Shown here: positions 1 to 8,612 of the stretch, one piece after another
Layout of the letters: every line of letters starts with the position of its first letter
Numbering within the stretch: position 1 is the first letter of the stretch
NCBI GenBank assembly: GCA_964504055.1
Contig: CAZDCU010000005.1
Span: 7,802-32,000 of the forward strand
DNA length: 24,199 nt
Direction: 5' to 3'
Origin: an uncultured Methanomassiliicoccales archaeon
Lineage (GTDB): Archaea; Thermoplasmatota; Thermoplasmata; Methanomassiliicoccales; Methanomethylophilaceae
Made by a program: the position numbers and the translations under genes
Notes under the pieces: generated by a model
Databases searched by the model: none
What the model was told of the DNA's origin: nothing
What the model saw: only the letters and a program-made list of their open reading frames with translations

Positions 1-1121
1 CGGTAGTATTTCCCGTCGTATGTTATTCCGCATCCGCCTCTGACGGCGACGATATTCATCTTGGCTTCCAACGGAATGTGAATATCCGCGGAATTTCCTT
101 TCAGAATGACTTCCTTACGGGTGATTGATATTGTAACATCATCATCGGCGGTGACTGCGTTATCTCCAGACATGATTTTGAGAACACAGTGCCCGTCGGA
201 TGCTATCACATCATCGTTCCACGATTCCGATTCTTTGACCAACTCAGACCTCTGCCACATATCCCAGTCGTAGAGATTGTCGAATACTGCACCTTCATTG
301 AAGAATCCGTATTCGTCTACCGTTACGGAATATCCGCACGCATCGCATGATAATACATCGCCGTGACTGTGAAGATGTCCGTCTTTCTTACACTGGGGGC
401 ACCTGAAAACCAATCTTTCCATATGCTCCGCACGGTTTTCACGGTCGTAAACCACTCTGTGTTCACGGTTCCAATCGTAATGGTTTACGTAGAGATCTTT
501 GTAAATGATTGCATTGATTTCTTCGGAAGACATCTTCTCGAGATCTTCCTTTCTGTAAACGTTTACCACATGACCCAGCAGCGGACCTTTCGAACGGCTG
601 TCGGCCCACTTCGGTTTCAGGAAATATCCGCCGTCAACTCTGAATGTGATTAAGTCTGCATCGAGATACTTGATCATCTCGCCTGTACGTCCGCGGATTT
701 CGGCGGTAACGCCGTTGGGAGATTCTTCGCCTTCGGCCGCCATGAAAACGCTGATTCCTTTCTCTATGGTTGCTTTTGCTGCTTTGACTGCATCGTCGGC
801 TTTCTCTCCCTTACGGCGGTAGATTCCGTTTGTCGCAAAATGTAACAATCTTCTCAGAGAAGGTTTTCTTAAGAGTGCATCGCTTATGATGAATCTTCCG
901 TAGTGCCTGAAAGATGTCAGCACTCCCAGGAAATCGTAGTCGCAGACGTGATTATACGTAAGAACACACGGACGTTCCACTTTTCCGGCGTATCTTTCGG
1001 TACGTATGTTGTAATGCCTCTTCACTATCGGCAGTACCAAACCGTGTCCCGGTACCCACAGGCAGAAACGATACCATAACGTGTGTTTCGGATAATCTAC
1101 GCCTTTATTCCTCGAACCCAT
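1..1121 (-). CDS. LPLAT/PlsC-family acyltransferase, N-terminal ~373 codons (3' end runs off the left edge)
   Basis: The minus-strand frame is open from ATG (1121-1119) to the window edge. It is absent from the ORF track because no stop falls in the window. Own translation: MGSRNKGVDYPKHTLWYRF...VLTYNHVCDYDFLGV...VFMAAEGEESPNG...FRCPQCKKDGHLHSHGDVLSCDACGYSV. It has the HX4D block (NHVCDYD) and EG block typical of glycerolipid acyltransferases, followed by a CxxC...CxxC zinc-ribbon-like segment. Confidence 0.7.
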   Translation of the reverse strand, partial: MGSRNKGVDYPKHTLWYRFCLWVPGHGLVLPIVKRHYNIRTERYAGKVERPCVLTYNHVCDYDFLGVLTSFRHYGRFIISDALLRKPSLRRLLHFATNGIYRRKGEKADDAVKAAKATIEKGISVFMAAEGEESPNGVTAEIRGRTGEMIKYLDADLITFRVDGGYFLKPKWADSRSKGPLLGHVVNVYRKEDLEKMSSEEINAIIYKDLYVNHYDWNREHRVVYDRENRAEHMERLVFRCPQCKKDGHLHSHGDVLSCDACGYSVTVDEYGFFNEGAVFDNLYDWDMWQRSELVKESESWNDDVIASDGHCVLKIMSGDNAVTADDDVTISITRKEVILKGNSADIHIPLEAKMNIVAVRGGCGITYDGKYY

Positions 1122-1203
1122 AACCGGACTCACTCTTGGATGAAATATCTGCAGGATGGATATAACATAAACGGGATAAATGTGCAGCCGAAGGTCTGCA
1201 TAT

Positions 1204-1470
1204 TCACTTCTTTTCCTTCTCAACCTGCGCCATTATTCTGTCGTATGCATCGGATCCGATGCATTCTCTTGCGTGTTCGCAGTAGAATATGCATGAATTC
1301 AAATCATTGTACGCAACGAATCCGCAGTTGTAACACGTAGCTTTCACATCCGTTGAAAATAACTCAATGTCTGCGCCGCATTCGGGACACTTCTTTATCT
1401 TCAGCGACGGGGTGCCGAAGTTACCTCCTCCGGGACATTTGAATTCCATATTTCCGAAGATGACTGACAT
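1204..1470 (-). CDS. small Cys-rich zinc-ribbon protein, family not recognised
   Basis: 88-aa ORF with KCPGGG, CPECG, CYNCG and CIFYCEHARECIG cysteine clusters. It lies 82 nt upstream of the acyltransferase on the same strand. An alternative start at MEFKCP (nt 1449) is possible. Confidence 0.5.
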   Translation of the reverse strand: MSVIFGNMEFKCPGGGNFGTPSLKIKKCPECGADIELFSTDVKATCYNCGFVAYNDLNSCIFYCEHARECIGSDAYDRIMAQVEKEKK

Positions 1471-1506
1471 TGCTTATCTACCTTCCCCACATACCCTCCG
1501 ATACAC

Positions 1507-4500
1507 ATGGAAGACTGCAGCGCCGTATACGACGAACTCAGGACACTCAGGGACGCACTCCGCAGGGAACATACCGTCGGCGGAAGGGAACCGAGAATCT
1601 GTTCAGATGAATCATTGTATGATATGGCGGAAAGGCTTCCCGCGAAGAAAGAAGATCTTCTGATGATCAAAGGTATAGGAGATACCTTTGCGGAAAAATA
1701 CGGGGAGAGTTTCCTTCTCATTACCCGTAAATATATCAGAACTGCGGCGAGATCTGTACCGCTTACAGGTGCATCCGAAAATGCTCTGAAGGATCTTCAG
1801 AAGAAGTTAACCGATATAAGCAGAGGAAATCCCCTGCTGTACTGTCCCAGAATGTCAAAGAGCAGAATGTGCGACCTGACTTCTTTCGGTATTTACAATC
1901 CCGCCGATGCAATCGGCGGGGAAGAGAAATTCCTCTGCGACATCACCGATAAAGAAAAATACGAAGGACTGAACCTGATTTACAGGGAAGCACTCCGCGA
2001 TCTGAGAGAAAAGGGAATTACAGACCTCTTTACGGCATATCCCTTCGCCGACGGATATCTTTCCGAAGATTTCCGCATAATGGCTCCGTTGATGCTGTTT
2101 CCCGTAAAACTGAAAAGAAACAATCACGCTTTCAGTCTTTCATACGACGATTCGAGAGACCCTGTCTTCAACAACACTCTCGTACTCGCAGCGATGAGAA
2201 CAAACAGGAAAGAAGGAGCATTGCCTGACTGTGTGATTGACGATATTGAAAATATCTCTGAAAAAATGATGTCTTTCTACCGTGAAAACGGCATAGTTCT
2301 CAAAGACACAGAACATAAAGTCATTAAATTCACAGGACCCGAAAGTAAAGATAAACTCACAGTAAGACACAACCTCGTCCTCGGAAGATTCCCCCTTCAT
2401 TCCAATTCGATTCAGAGAGATTTTGACTCATTGGCAACAAAGGAAAACATCAACAGAATTCTTAACGATTTGATATCAAATCCCGAAAACGAACCCGAAG
2501 ATCTCACTGTGTCAGGTCCCGATGTAAAGGAGAGAGATATCACTTACATCAATCACCTGAACAGCGCTCAGGAGAAGGTAATCGAAGCACTTGTTTCCGA
2601 AGACGGAATCGTCGTTCAGGGACCTCCGGGAACAGGTAAATCTCAGGTAATCACGGGAATAATCACAACTGCGATTAACGAAGGAAAAACCGTTTTAATG
2701 GTCTCGGAGAAGAAAACGGCATTGGATGTAGTCCATTCCCGTCTCGGAAATCTTTCAAAATACACAATGATGATTGATGATGTCTCCGACAAGGATCTTT
2801 TCTACAGTCAGCTGAAGATAATGCTCGATCTCCCTCCCGATATGAGAACATCTCCCGCCGAAATCGATCCTATTTCGGATAAAATCGAAAATCACATCTC
2901 CGAACTCACCCGTATCGCCGACGGAATGTACAGGCCCGATGCATTCGGAATAGAACCGTACAGACTGTATTCTCTCGTAAAGAAAGTGGATCTTAACGAT
3001 CCGAAAGAATATGAAAGGTATATTCTTCTCAAAGACAACATCTCTTCCACTTTACTGAACATCGATTTTTCTCAGTTAAATGAATCTTACACGCATTTCA
3101 CCGAGAAGAAAGCTGTAGACGATCTCAGAACATACTACCAATGCCTCGACGCAAACCCGTGGATGGCATACATCAGAAGAAATCTCACCGATTTTGAGTT
3201 AAGGAGTTTAAAATCGGATTTACGGGGTTTATCCAAGACTTCACGCAGTTACAACTCCATGGACTTCTCCGACAGACTCTTCGGAAAAGGACAGATGATG
3301 AGGACGGCGACAGCCGTCCTCAACAGATACTTCACCAACTACAACGCAAAACATATCGACCAGTTACTGAACGATGCCGAAAACACGTTGGAATCCCTGG
3401 ATATGTATCCGGAATATGCAGAAAAACTGTCTTCATACGAAAAACTCCCCAGAATCCAAAGAATGTACGGAGAAAATATCATCTCCGTAAACACGAAGAT
3501 TCCTTCAAGTTACGAAATGAGCAACGACGAACTCTTCGCATTCATTCTGATGGATCATCTCAGAAGATTCGAAGAGGAAAACGCAGATCTTCTTTCCGAT
3601 ATCGATTCTTTCGAAACTATAAGGAATGAAGTAGACGCAGATATCTCCGACAAAAGAAAAGCAACCGAAGACAGAGTCGGATTCATTCTCAGGGATTCAT
3701 TAAAAGCGGTAACGGAATCGAAAATGATTTCGGAAATGCGCAGAATCGCCGAGAGTAAACGCAGATGGTCGGTAAACAGATTCATCTCGAGATTCGGTTC
3801 GGATTTGTTCAGAGGGATCAGAGTCTGGCTCATGACTCCCGAAGCAGTCTCGGAATTACTTCCGTTGGAGATGGGATTATTCGATTTACTTGTGTTTGAC
3901 GAAGCTTCCCAAATGTACGTAGAGAAAGGAATTCCTTCGATCTACCGTGCGAAGAAAGTCGCCGTCGCGGGAGATCACAAGCAGTTACGTCCTTCAAGTC
4001 TCGGAAGCGGAAGATGGACTTCCGATTCCGACGAAGGCACCGACGAAGACAGCTTATTGGACCTCGCAAGAAAGAGATACGACTCCGTAATGCTCGATTT
4101 CCATTACAGGTCAAAGTACGAAGAACTGATAGCATTCTCAAATTACGCTTTCTACAACGGAAGACTGCACGTATCCCCGAATGTAGACATTCCTTCGGTA
4201 CCTCCGATTGAAACACATCTCGTGAAAAATGCGTTATGGGAGGACAGATGCAACCGTAAGGAAGCGGAAGAAACCGTATCTCTTCTTCAGAATATTCTTA
4301 CAAACCGTGAAAACAACGAAAGCATCGGAATAATCACTTTCAACACGTCCCAGAGGGATTTGATCTACGACATAATCGAAGAAAGATGTCATAAAGACAG
4401 AGAATTCTGCGATATAATCAAAAAAGAATCCGAACGCAGGGAAAACGGAGAAGACACGGGATTGTTCCTGAAAAACATCGAATCCGTTCAGGGAGACGAA

Positions 4501-5148
4501 AGAGACATCATAATCTTCTCAGTCGGTTACGCCAAAAACAGATCGGGAAAGATAGTAAGAACCTTCGGCTGGCTCAATAACCTCGGAGGAGAAAACCGTC
4601 TCAACGTAGCGATAAGCCGCGCAAAGAGAAAAATTCACATTGTGACATCATTCCTCCCCGAAGAATTAGACGTATCGGACAGCAGGAACGAAGGTCCGAG
4701 ATTACTGAAAAAATACCTCGAATACGCATTCGCGGTCAGTTCCCGTAACAGAGACGGAGAAGAAAAAATCCTCAGTTCTCTTTCCGTTAAGGAAGAAGTA
4801 GCATACGATTCCTCATCCGTCTTCAGCGATCAGATCTGTAAATCCCTCAAAGCAAGAGGATACGACGCGGAAACCGACTTCGGTATCGGCGGTTACAGTA
4901 TCGACGTAGTCGTAAAAGACGGAAACAGATACGTTTTGGGAATAGAATGCGACAATTCCCTCTACGCCGGAGCGGCATCCACAAGAGAAAGAGACTACCA
5001 CAGACAGAAATATCTCGAATCGAGAGGATGGAAAATCCGCAGGGTTTGGAGTAACAAGTGGTGGAACAATCCCGAAAAAGAAACCGATGCAATCGTTTCT
5101 CTCTTAAAATCGGAAGGCTGCAATCCTCGGACAATGCGAACAATATAA
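1507..5148 (+). CDS. HRDC / DUF4011-like / Upf1-like SF1 helicase (AAA_11-AAA_12 type) / DUF559-Vsr-like endonuclease fusion protein
   Basis: 1213-aa ORF. aa ~5-75 are HRDC-like (YDELRTLRDALR...IKGIGDTFAEKYGESFL). aa ~95-310 are DUF4011-like (ISRGNPLLYCP..., LGRFPLHSNSIQRDF). Walker A GPPGTGKS is at nt 2620-2643, followed by a ~420-aa insert and then DEASQM (nt 3898-3915), GDHKQLRP, VQGDERDIIIFS and RLNVAISRAKRKIHIV. The C-terminal GYSIDVVVKDGNRYVLGIECD...RDYHRQKYLESRGWKIRRVW (nt ~4891-5050) looks like the Vsr/DUF559 PD-(D/E)xK fold. Confidence 0.85.
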   Translation: MEDCSAVYDELRTLRDALRREHTVGGREPRICSDESLYDMAERLPAKKEDLLMIKGIGDTFAEKYGESFLLITRKYIRTAARSVPLTGASENALKDLQKKLTDISRGNPLLYCPRMSKSRMCDLTSFGIYNPADAIGGEEKFLCDITDKEKYEGLNLIYREALRDLREKGITDLFTAYPFADGYLSEDFRIMAPLMLFPVKLKRNNHAFSLSYDDSRDPVFNNTLVLAAMRTNRKEGALPDCVIDDIENISEKMMSFYRENGIVLKDTEHKVIKFTGPESKDKLTVRHNLVLGRFPLHSNSIQRDFDSLATKENINRILNDLISNPENEPEDLTVSGPDVKERDITYINHLNSAQEKVIEALVSEDGIVVQGPPGTGKSQVITGIITTAINEGKTVLMVSEKKTALDVVHSRLGNLSKYTMMIDDVSDKDLFYSQLKIMLDLPPDMRTSPAEIDPISDKIENHISELTRIADGMYRPDAFGIEPYRLYSLVKKVDLNDPKEYERYILLKDNISSTLLNIDFSQLNESYTHFTEKKAVDDLRTYYQCLDANPWMAYIRRNLTDFELRSLKSDLRGLSKTSRSYNSMDFSDRLFGKGQMMRTATAVLNRYFTNYNAKHIDQLLNDAENTLESLDMYPEYAEKLSSYEKLPRIQRMYGENIISVNTKIPSSYEMSNDELFAFILMDHLRRFEEENADLLSDIDSFETIRNEVDADISDKRKATEDRVGFILRDSLKAVTESKMISEMRRIAESKRRWSVNRFISRFGSDLFRGIRVWLMTPEAVSELLPLEMGLFDLLVFDEASQMYVEKGIPSIYRAKKVAVAGDHKQLRPSSLGSGRWTSDSDEGTDEDSLLDLARKRYDSVMLDFHYRSKYEELIAFSNYAFYNGRLHVSPNVDIPSVPPIETHLVKNALWEDRCNRKEAEETVSLLQNILTNRENNESIGIITFNTSQRDLIYDIIEERCHKDREFCDIIKKESERRENGEDTGLFLKNIESVQGDERDIIIFSVGYAKNRSGKIVRTFGWLNNLGGENRLNVAISRAKRKIHIVTSFLPEELDVSDSRNEGPRLLKKYLEYAFAVSSRNRDGEEKILSSLSVKEEVAYDSSSVFSDQICKSLKARGYDAETDFGIGGYSIDVVVKDGNRYVLGIECDNSLYAGAASTRERDYHRQKYLESRGWKIRRVWSNKWWNNPEKETDAIVSLLKSEGCNPRTMRTI

Positions 5149-5173
5149 CCGTCATTGCGTAATTACGGAAATT

Positions 5174-5644
5174 ATGACACTCAGCATCGGGGATAAAGCA
5201 CCCGACTTCACGGCGGAAAACACCGAAGGAAAAACCTTCAGTCTTTACGAAGAACTCAAAAACGGACCTGTTCTTCTGAACTTCTACGTCGGAGACTTCG
5301 GAATCAACTGCACCAACTATATGTCAAAATTCATCGAGCAGTTCGACCGCATTAAAGAGACAGGAGTAAGATTCGTCGCAATAAACAACGACAGCATGGA
5401 CAGTCATAAGATGTTCAAAGACCGTCTCGGAGCACCGTACGAATTTCTTTTCGACAAAGACAAAGAAACGGCAAAGAAATACGGCGCAATTGTCGGCCCG
5501 GGACACCTCGTAACGGGATTCACAAACAGAGAATTCTATCTCATCGACAGAGACGGTACGATTAAATTCATCTGGAGATCGCCGGAACCCAAAGTACTGC
5601 CGACAGTCGATGTGATAGTCGACGGAATCAAAGCATCGCTTTGA
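5174..5644 (+). CDS. thioredoxin-fold AhpC/TSA (peroxiredoxin/Bcp-like) protein
   Basis: 156-aa ORF with GDKAPDFTAENTEGKTFSLYE...VLLNFYVGDFGINCTNY, the peroxiredoxin-type N-terminal layout with one candidate peroxidatic Cys. The PxxxT part of the motif is divergent. It starts 25 nt after the helicase-nuclease gene. Confidence 0.7.
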   Translation: MTLSIGDKAPDFTAENTEGKTFSLYEELKNGPVLLNFYVGDFGINCTNYMSKFIEQFDRIKETGVRFVAINNDSMDSHKMFKDRLGAPYEFLFDKDKETAKKYGAIVGPGHLVTGFTNREFYLIDRDGTIKFIWRSPEPKVLPTVDVIVDGIKASL

Positions 5645-6316
5645 TTACTTATCCTGAAGAATGACTTCCGTCACTTCCAAAGTGCCGGAGTCTTTCTTCA
5701 TTTTTTTCTCCGATTTTTCAATCACAAGCTTCTTCTTAAACAGAGGAGAATCCAAAGTCATCGACTCGTACTCTCCGCCTTCGCCCATGATACTCACACC
5801 GTGCTTATCCCTGAGTTTCAGAAGATCTTTTTTCGCCTCGTTATCAAGATGTCTTCCCAGCCATTTTTCATCCAAGCCTTCGGCGAAAACACCCACAATC
5901 ACTGCATCGATACCTGCGGAAACCATTTCGTCATAGACCATCGACTGATCCTTTCTCCACAGAGGTGCCAGCATAATTAAATCCAACTCTCCGAGAACCC
6001 TGTTCATACGGTCCCACTGATAATCCGACCATAACGCACCGACAACAACACCGTCGATGTCCAATCCCGAAAGAACATCTCTCAGAGCATCCAAATCTCC
6101 CTCTTCCGTACCGTCGGATACTGCGGTAATCAGAGGAATATCCATAGCCTCCGCCATTTTCGGAACGATACCCAAATTAGGCGTATGGAAAATCCATGAC
6201 GCACTGTCCGAGGGAACGATGTTCACAAGAAACCTTACCTCATGACCCATCTGATGTACCAGATATGCAGCGAACGAAGAATCCTTCCCGCCGGAATACA
6301 ATGCAGCCAACTTCAT
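5645..6316 (-). CDS. diphthine-ammonia ligase-like N-type ATP pyrophosphatase (MJ0570/Dph6 family)
   Basis: 223-aa ORF starting MKLAALYSGGKDSS (SGGKDS PP-loop), with the overall MJ0570-family layout. Its stop codon directly abuts the stop of the convergent 5174-5644 gene. Confidence 0.75.
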   Translation of the reverse strand: MKLAALYSGGKDSSFAAYLVHQMGHEVRFLVNIVPSDSASWIFHTPNLGIVPKMAEAMDIPLITAVSDGTEEGDLDALRDVLSGLDIDGVVVGALWSDYQWDRMNRVLGELDLIMLAPLWRKDQSMVYDEMVSAGIDAVIVGVFAEGLDEKWLGRHLDNEAKKDLLKLRDKHGVSIMGEGGEYESMTLDSPLFKKKLVIEKSEKKMKKDSGTLEVTEVILQDK

Positions 6317-6381
6317 TGAGAACGGATAACGCTCATCAGCAATAAATAGACGGAGGACATAGAGCGCCGTAAGGCGACAAC

Positions 6382-7065
6382 ATGGCTGAAGCGAACCTCA
6401 AGAAGATAGTTGCGGAGAAGGCAGTGGACGATTATGTCAAAGACGGAATGTACGTCGGTCTCGGAACCGGCTCCACCGCTTACTATGCAATACTGAGGGT
6501 CGCGGAGAAAGTGAAGGAAGGATACAGTCTCACATGCGTCGCAACATCCGTACAGAGTGAGAACCTCGCCAAAGAAAACGGCGTAAAAGTCGTTCCCCTG
6601 AGCGAAGTGGATCATCTCGATGTCACAATCGACGGTGCCGACGAAGTCGATAACGACATGCAGCTCATCAAGGGATTGGGCGGAGCTCTTCTCAGAGAAA
6701 AAATAGTTGCTTCATCGTCAGTCAGGGAAGTAATCATCGTCGACTCTTCCAAGAGAGTCGAAGTCCTCGGTGTGAAGACACATCTTCCCGTCGAAGTACT
6801 GAAATTCGGTCATGAGAAAACGAAAATCATGCTCGAGAGACAGGGATGCAAAGCAACTCTCAGGATGAAAGACAACGAACCTTTCGTCACCGACGGAGGA
6901 AACTACATCTACGACTGCAAATTCGACGCAATCGCAAATCCCTTCTTCCTCGAATCGAGGATCGACGTAATCCCCGGAGTCGTCGAGAACGGTTTATTCC
7001 TGAACACAGCCACAACCGTGTTAATCGCATCGGGAGACGGAAGCATAGAGAAGATGGGCGAATGA
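6382..7065 (+). CDS. rpiA: ribose-5-phosphate isomerase A
   Basis: 227-aa ORF with GLGTGSTA, DGADEVD and KGLGGALLREKIVA motifs. Confidence 0.9.
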   Translation: MAEANLKKIVAEKAVDDYVKDGMYVGLGTGSTAYYAILRVAEKVKEGYSLTCVATSVQSENLAKENGVKVVPLSEVDHLDVTIDGADEVDNDMQLIKGLGGALLREKIVASSSVREVIIVDSSKRVEVLGVKTHLPVEVLKFGHEKTKIMLERQGCKATLRMKDNEPFVTDGGNYIYDCKFDAIANPFFLESRIDVIPGVVENGLFLNTATTVLIASGDGSIEKMGE

Positions 7066-7120
7066 ACGCCGTTCTTTCTCTATAAATAATATAGAAAGAG
7101 ATTGTGCACCACCCAATCTA

Positions 7121-7130
7121 TTTTTATATA
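7121..7130 (+). promoter_or_regulatory. candidate archaeal TATA box for the L44e-S27e-eIF2alpha-Nop10-PAC2 cluster
   Basis: TTTTTATATA lies 46 nt upstream of ATG 7176. GGTGA (7166-7170) is a plausible SD 5 nt before the ATG. Confidence 0.4.
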
Positions 7131-7175
7131 ACCTCGATATTAGCAACCTTCCACGCATAATCAAGGGTGAATCAC

Positions 7176-7454
7176 ATGAAAATGCCCAGAACGATCAAAA
7201 CATACTGCCCCTTCTGTGAGACGCACACCGTCCACGATGTAGAAAGGGTCAAAAAGAAGAAAGCAAGCGAACTCAAATGGGGTCAGAGGAGATTCAGAAA
7301 GGTCACCGCCGGTTACGGAGGTTTCCCGAGGCCTAAGCCCGAAGGAAGGGAAAAGCCGACCAAGAGGGTCAACATCAGATACAGATGCACCCAGTGCAAG
7401 AAAGCACACCTCACAGCCTGCATAAGAGCAAAGAAGTTCGAGCTTACGGAGTGA
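7176..7454 (+). CDS. rpl44e: 50S ribosomal protein L44e (eL42)
   Basis: [20 protein letters not shown]...[10 protein letters not shown] zinc-ribbon r-protein. The track ORF begins at GTG 7167. ATG 7176, preceded by GGTGA, is the more likely start. Confidence 0.9.
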   Translation: MKMPRTIKTYCPFCETHTVHDVERVKKKKASELKWGQRRFRKVTAGYGGFPRPKPEGREKPTKRVNIRYRCTQCKKAHLTACIRAKKFELTE

Positions 7455-7459
7455 TCCCC

Positions 7460-7627
7460 ATGGTTAACGAATTCGTCAAAATCAAATGTGCCGACTGCGG
7501 CAACGAACAGGTTACATTCAGCAAAGCAGCGACCACAGTCACATGCAACGTCTGCGGTGCCACCCTCGTCAAACCCAAGGGCGGAAAAGCCGACCTCAAA
7601 GGCGAAGTGGTCGAGGTATACAACTGA
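7460..7627 (+). CDS. rps27e: 30S ribosomal protein S27e (eS27)
   Basis: The internal ATG of track ORF 7385-7627 gives MVNEFVKIKCADCGNEQVTFSKAATTVTCNVCGATLVKPKGGKA (C4 zinc ribbon). It starts 5 nt after the L44e stop. Confidence 0.9.
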   Translation: MVNEFVKIKCADCGNEQVTFSKAATTVTCNVCGATLVKPKGGKADLKGEVVEVYN

Positions 7628-8412
7628 TGTCCCGCTCCAGAGAATTTCCCGAGAACGGAGAGCTCGTAGTCTGCTCCGTCGTCAACGTGAAGAACTTCGG
7701 TGCCTTCGTCACATTGGATGAATACGAAGGAAAAGAAGGATTCATTCACGTCAGGGATATTGCCTCTGGTTGGGTGAAGTACATCAGAGACTTCATCAGA
7801 GAAGGACAGAAAGTTGTCTGCAAGGTTCTGGGCGTAGATTCACAAAAAGGTCACATCGACCTTTCTTTAAAATCCGTCAACGACCATCAGAAGAGAGAGA
7901 AAGTCCAGCAGTGGAAGAATGAGAAGAAAGCCGAAAAGCTTGTCGAAATCATCGCCGAGAGACTTTCAATTTCAGTTGACGATGCCTTCGATGAGTTCGG
8001 AAACGAACTCACCGAGGCTTATGATACATTATACGGTGCATTCGAAGCCGTAGCCGCCAACCCCGACGAACTCCGCGAGGAGTATACCGGAGATTGGGTG
8101 GAAACGTTCATCGAAGTCGCCAAAGAAAACGTCACACTCCCGTATGTGGAGATCGATGCGATTCTTGAGATGAAAACACTCGCACCCGAAGGAGTCGAAG
8201 ACATCAAAGCCGCTCTCAAAGCGGGACTCGACGAAGCGGGAGACGATGCGGAAGTTTCGATTACATCCGTCGGTTCTCCGAAATACAGAGTGGTTATCAC
8301 CGCCGATGAGTACAAAACGGCAGAGGATGTTCTCAAGAGAATCTCCAACGCTGCGATTAAGTCACTCACCAAAGCAGGCGGAGAAGCGACACTTAAACGT
8401 GAGAGCAGGTGA
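7627..8412 (+). CDS. eif2a: translation initiation factor 2 subunit alpha (aIF2-alpha)
   Basis: The ATG overlaps the S27e stop (TGATG). The S1 domain reads GELVVCSVVNVKNFGAFVTLDEYEGKEGFIHVRDIASGWV. The upstream extension of track ORF 7486-8412 is an out-of-context read-through. Confidence 0.9.
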   Translation: MSRSREFPENGELVVCSVVNVKNFGAFVTLDEYEGKEGFIHVRDIASGWVKYIRDFIREGQKVVCKVLGVDSQKGHIDLSLKSVNDHQKREKVQQWKNEKKAEKLVEIIAERLSISVDDAFDEFGNELTEAYDTLYGAFEAVAANPDELREEYTGDWVETFIEVAKENVTLPYVEIDAILEMKTLAPEGVEDIKAALKAGLDEAGDDAEVSITSVGSPKYRVVITADEYKTAEDVLKRISNAAIKSLTKAGGEATLKRESR

Positions 8413-8612
8413 CGGCCGTGAAATCATCCCTGAGAAGGTGTCCGAAATGCGGACGCTATTCGTTAAAGGGATTGTGTCCTGTGTGTTCCTGCGAAACAGT
8501 GAACGCACATCCGCCGAGATACTCTCCCGACGACCGTTACGGCAGATACAGGAGAGAATCGATTATTCAGGAGTATGGGGAAAATGGGAAACTGCACGAC
8601 AATAATTTATGA
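8409..8612 (+). CDS. nop10: H/ACA RNP protein Nop10
   Basis: CPKCGRYSL...CPVCS...HPPRYSPDDRYGRYRR. The GTG start overlaps the eIF2alpha stop (GTGA). GTG 8418 is an alternative start. Confidence 0.85.
   Translation: MTAVKSSLRRCPKCGRYSLKGLCPVCSCETVNAHPPRYSPDDRYGRYRRESIIQEYGENGKLHDNNL

Noticed and set aside
5642-5647. Convergent genes whose stop codons abut with zero spacer (TGA then the complement of TAA)
   Set aside because: This is ordinary gene packing in compact archaeal genomes, with no extra structure at the junction.
7385-8412. Long N-terminal extensions in track ORFs 7385-7627 and 7486-8412, which would make S27e and aIF2-alpha overlap their upstream genes extensively
   Set aside because: The extensions ([11 protein letters not shown]..., MCRLRQRTGYIQ...) are Arg/Ser/Gln-rich read-throughs of the neighbouring gene in another frame. 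The conserved protein sequences begin at the internal ATGs 7460 and 7627.
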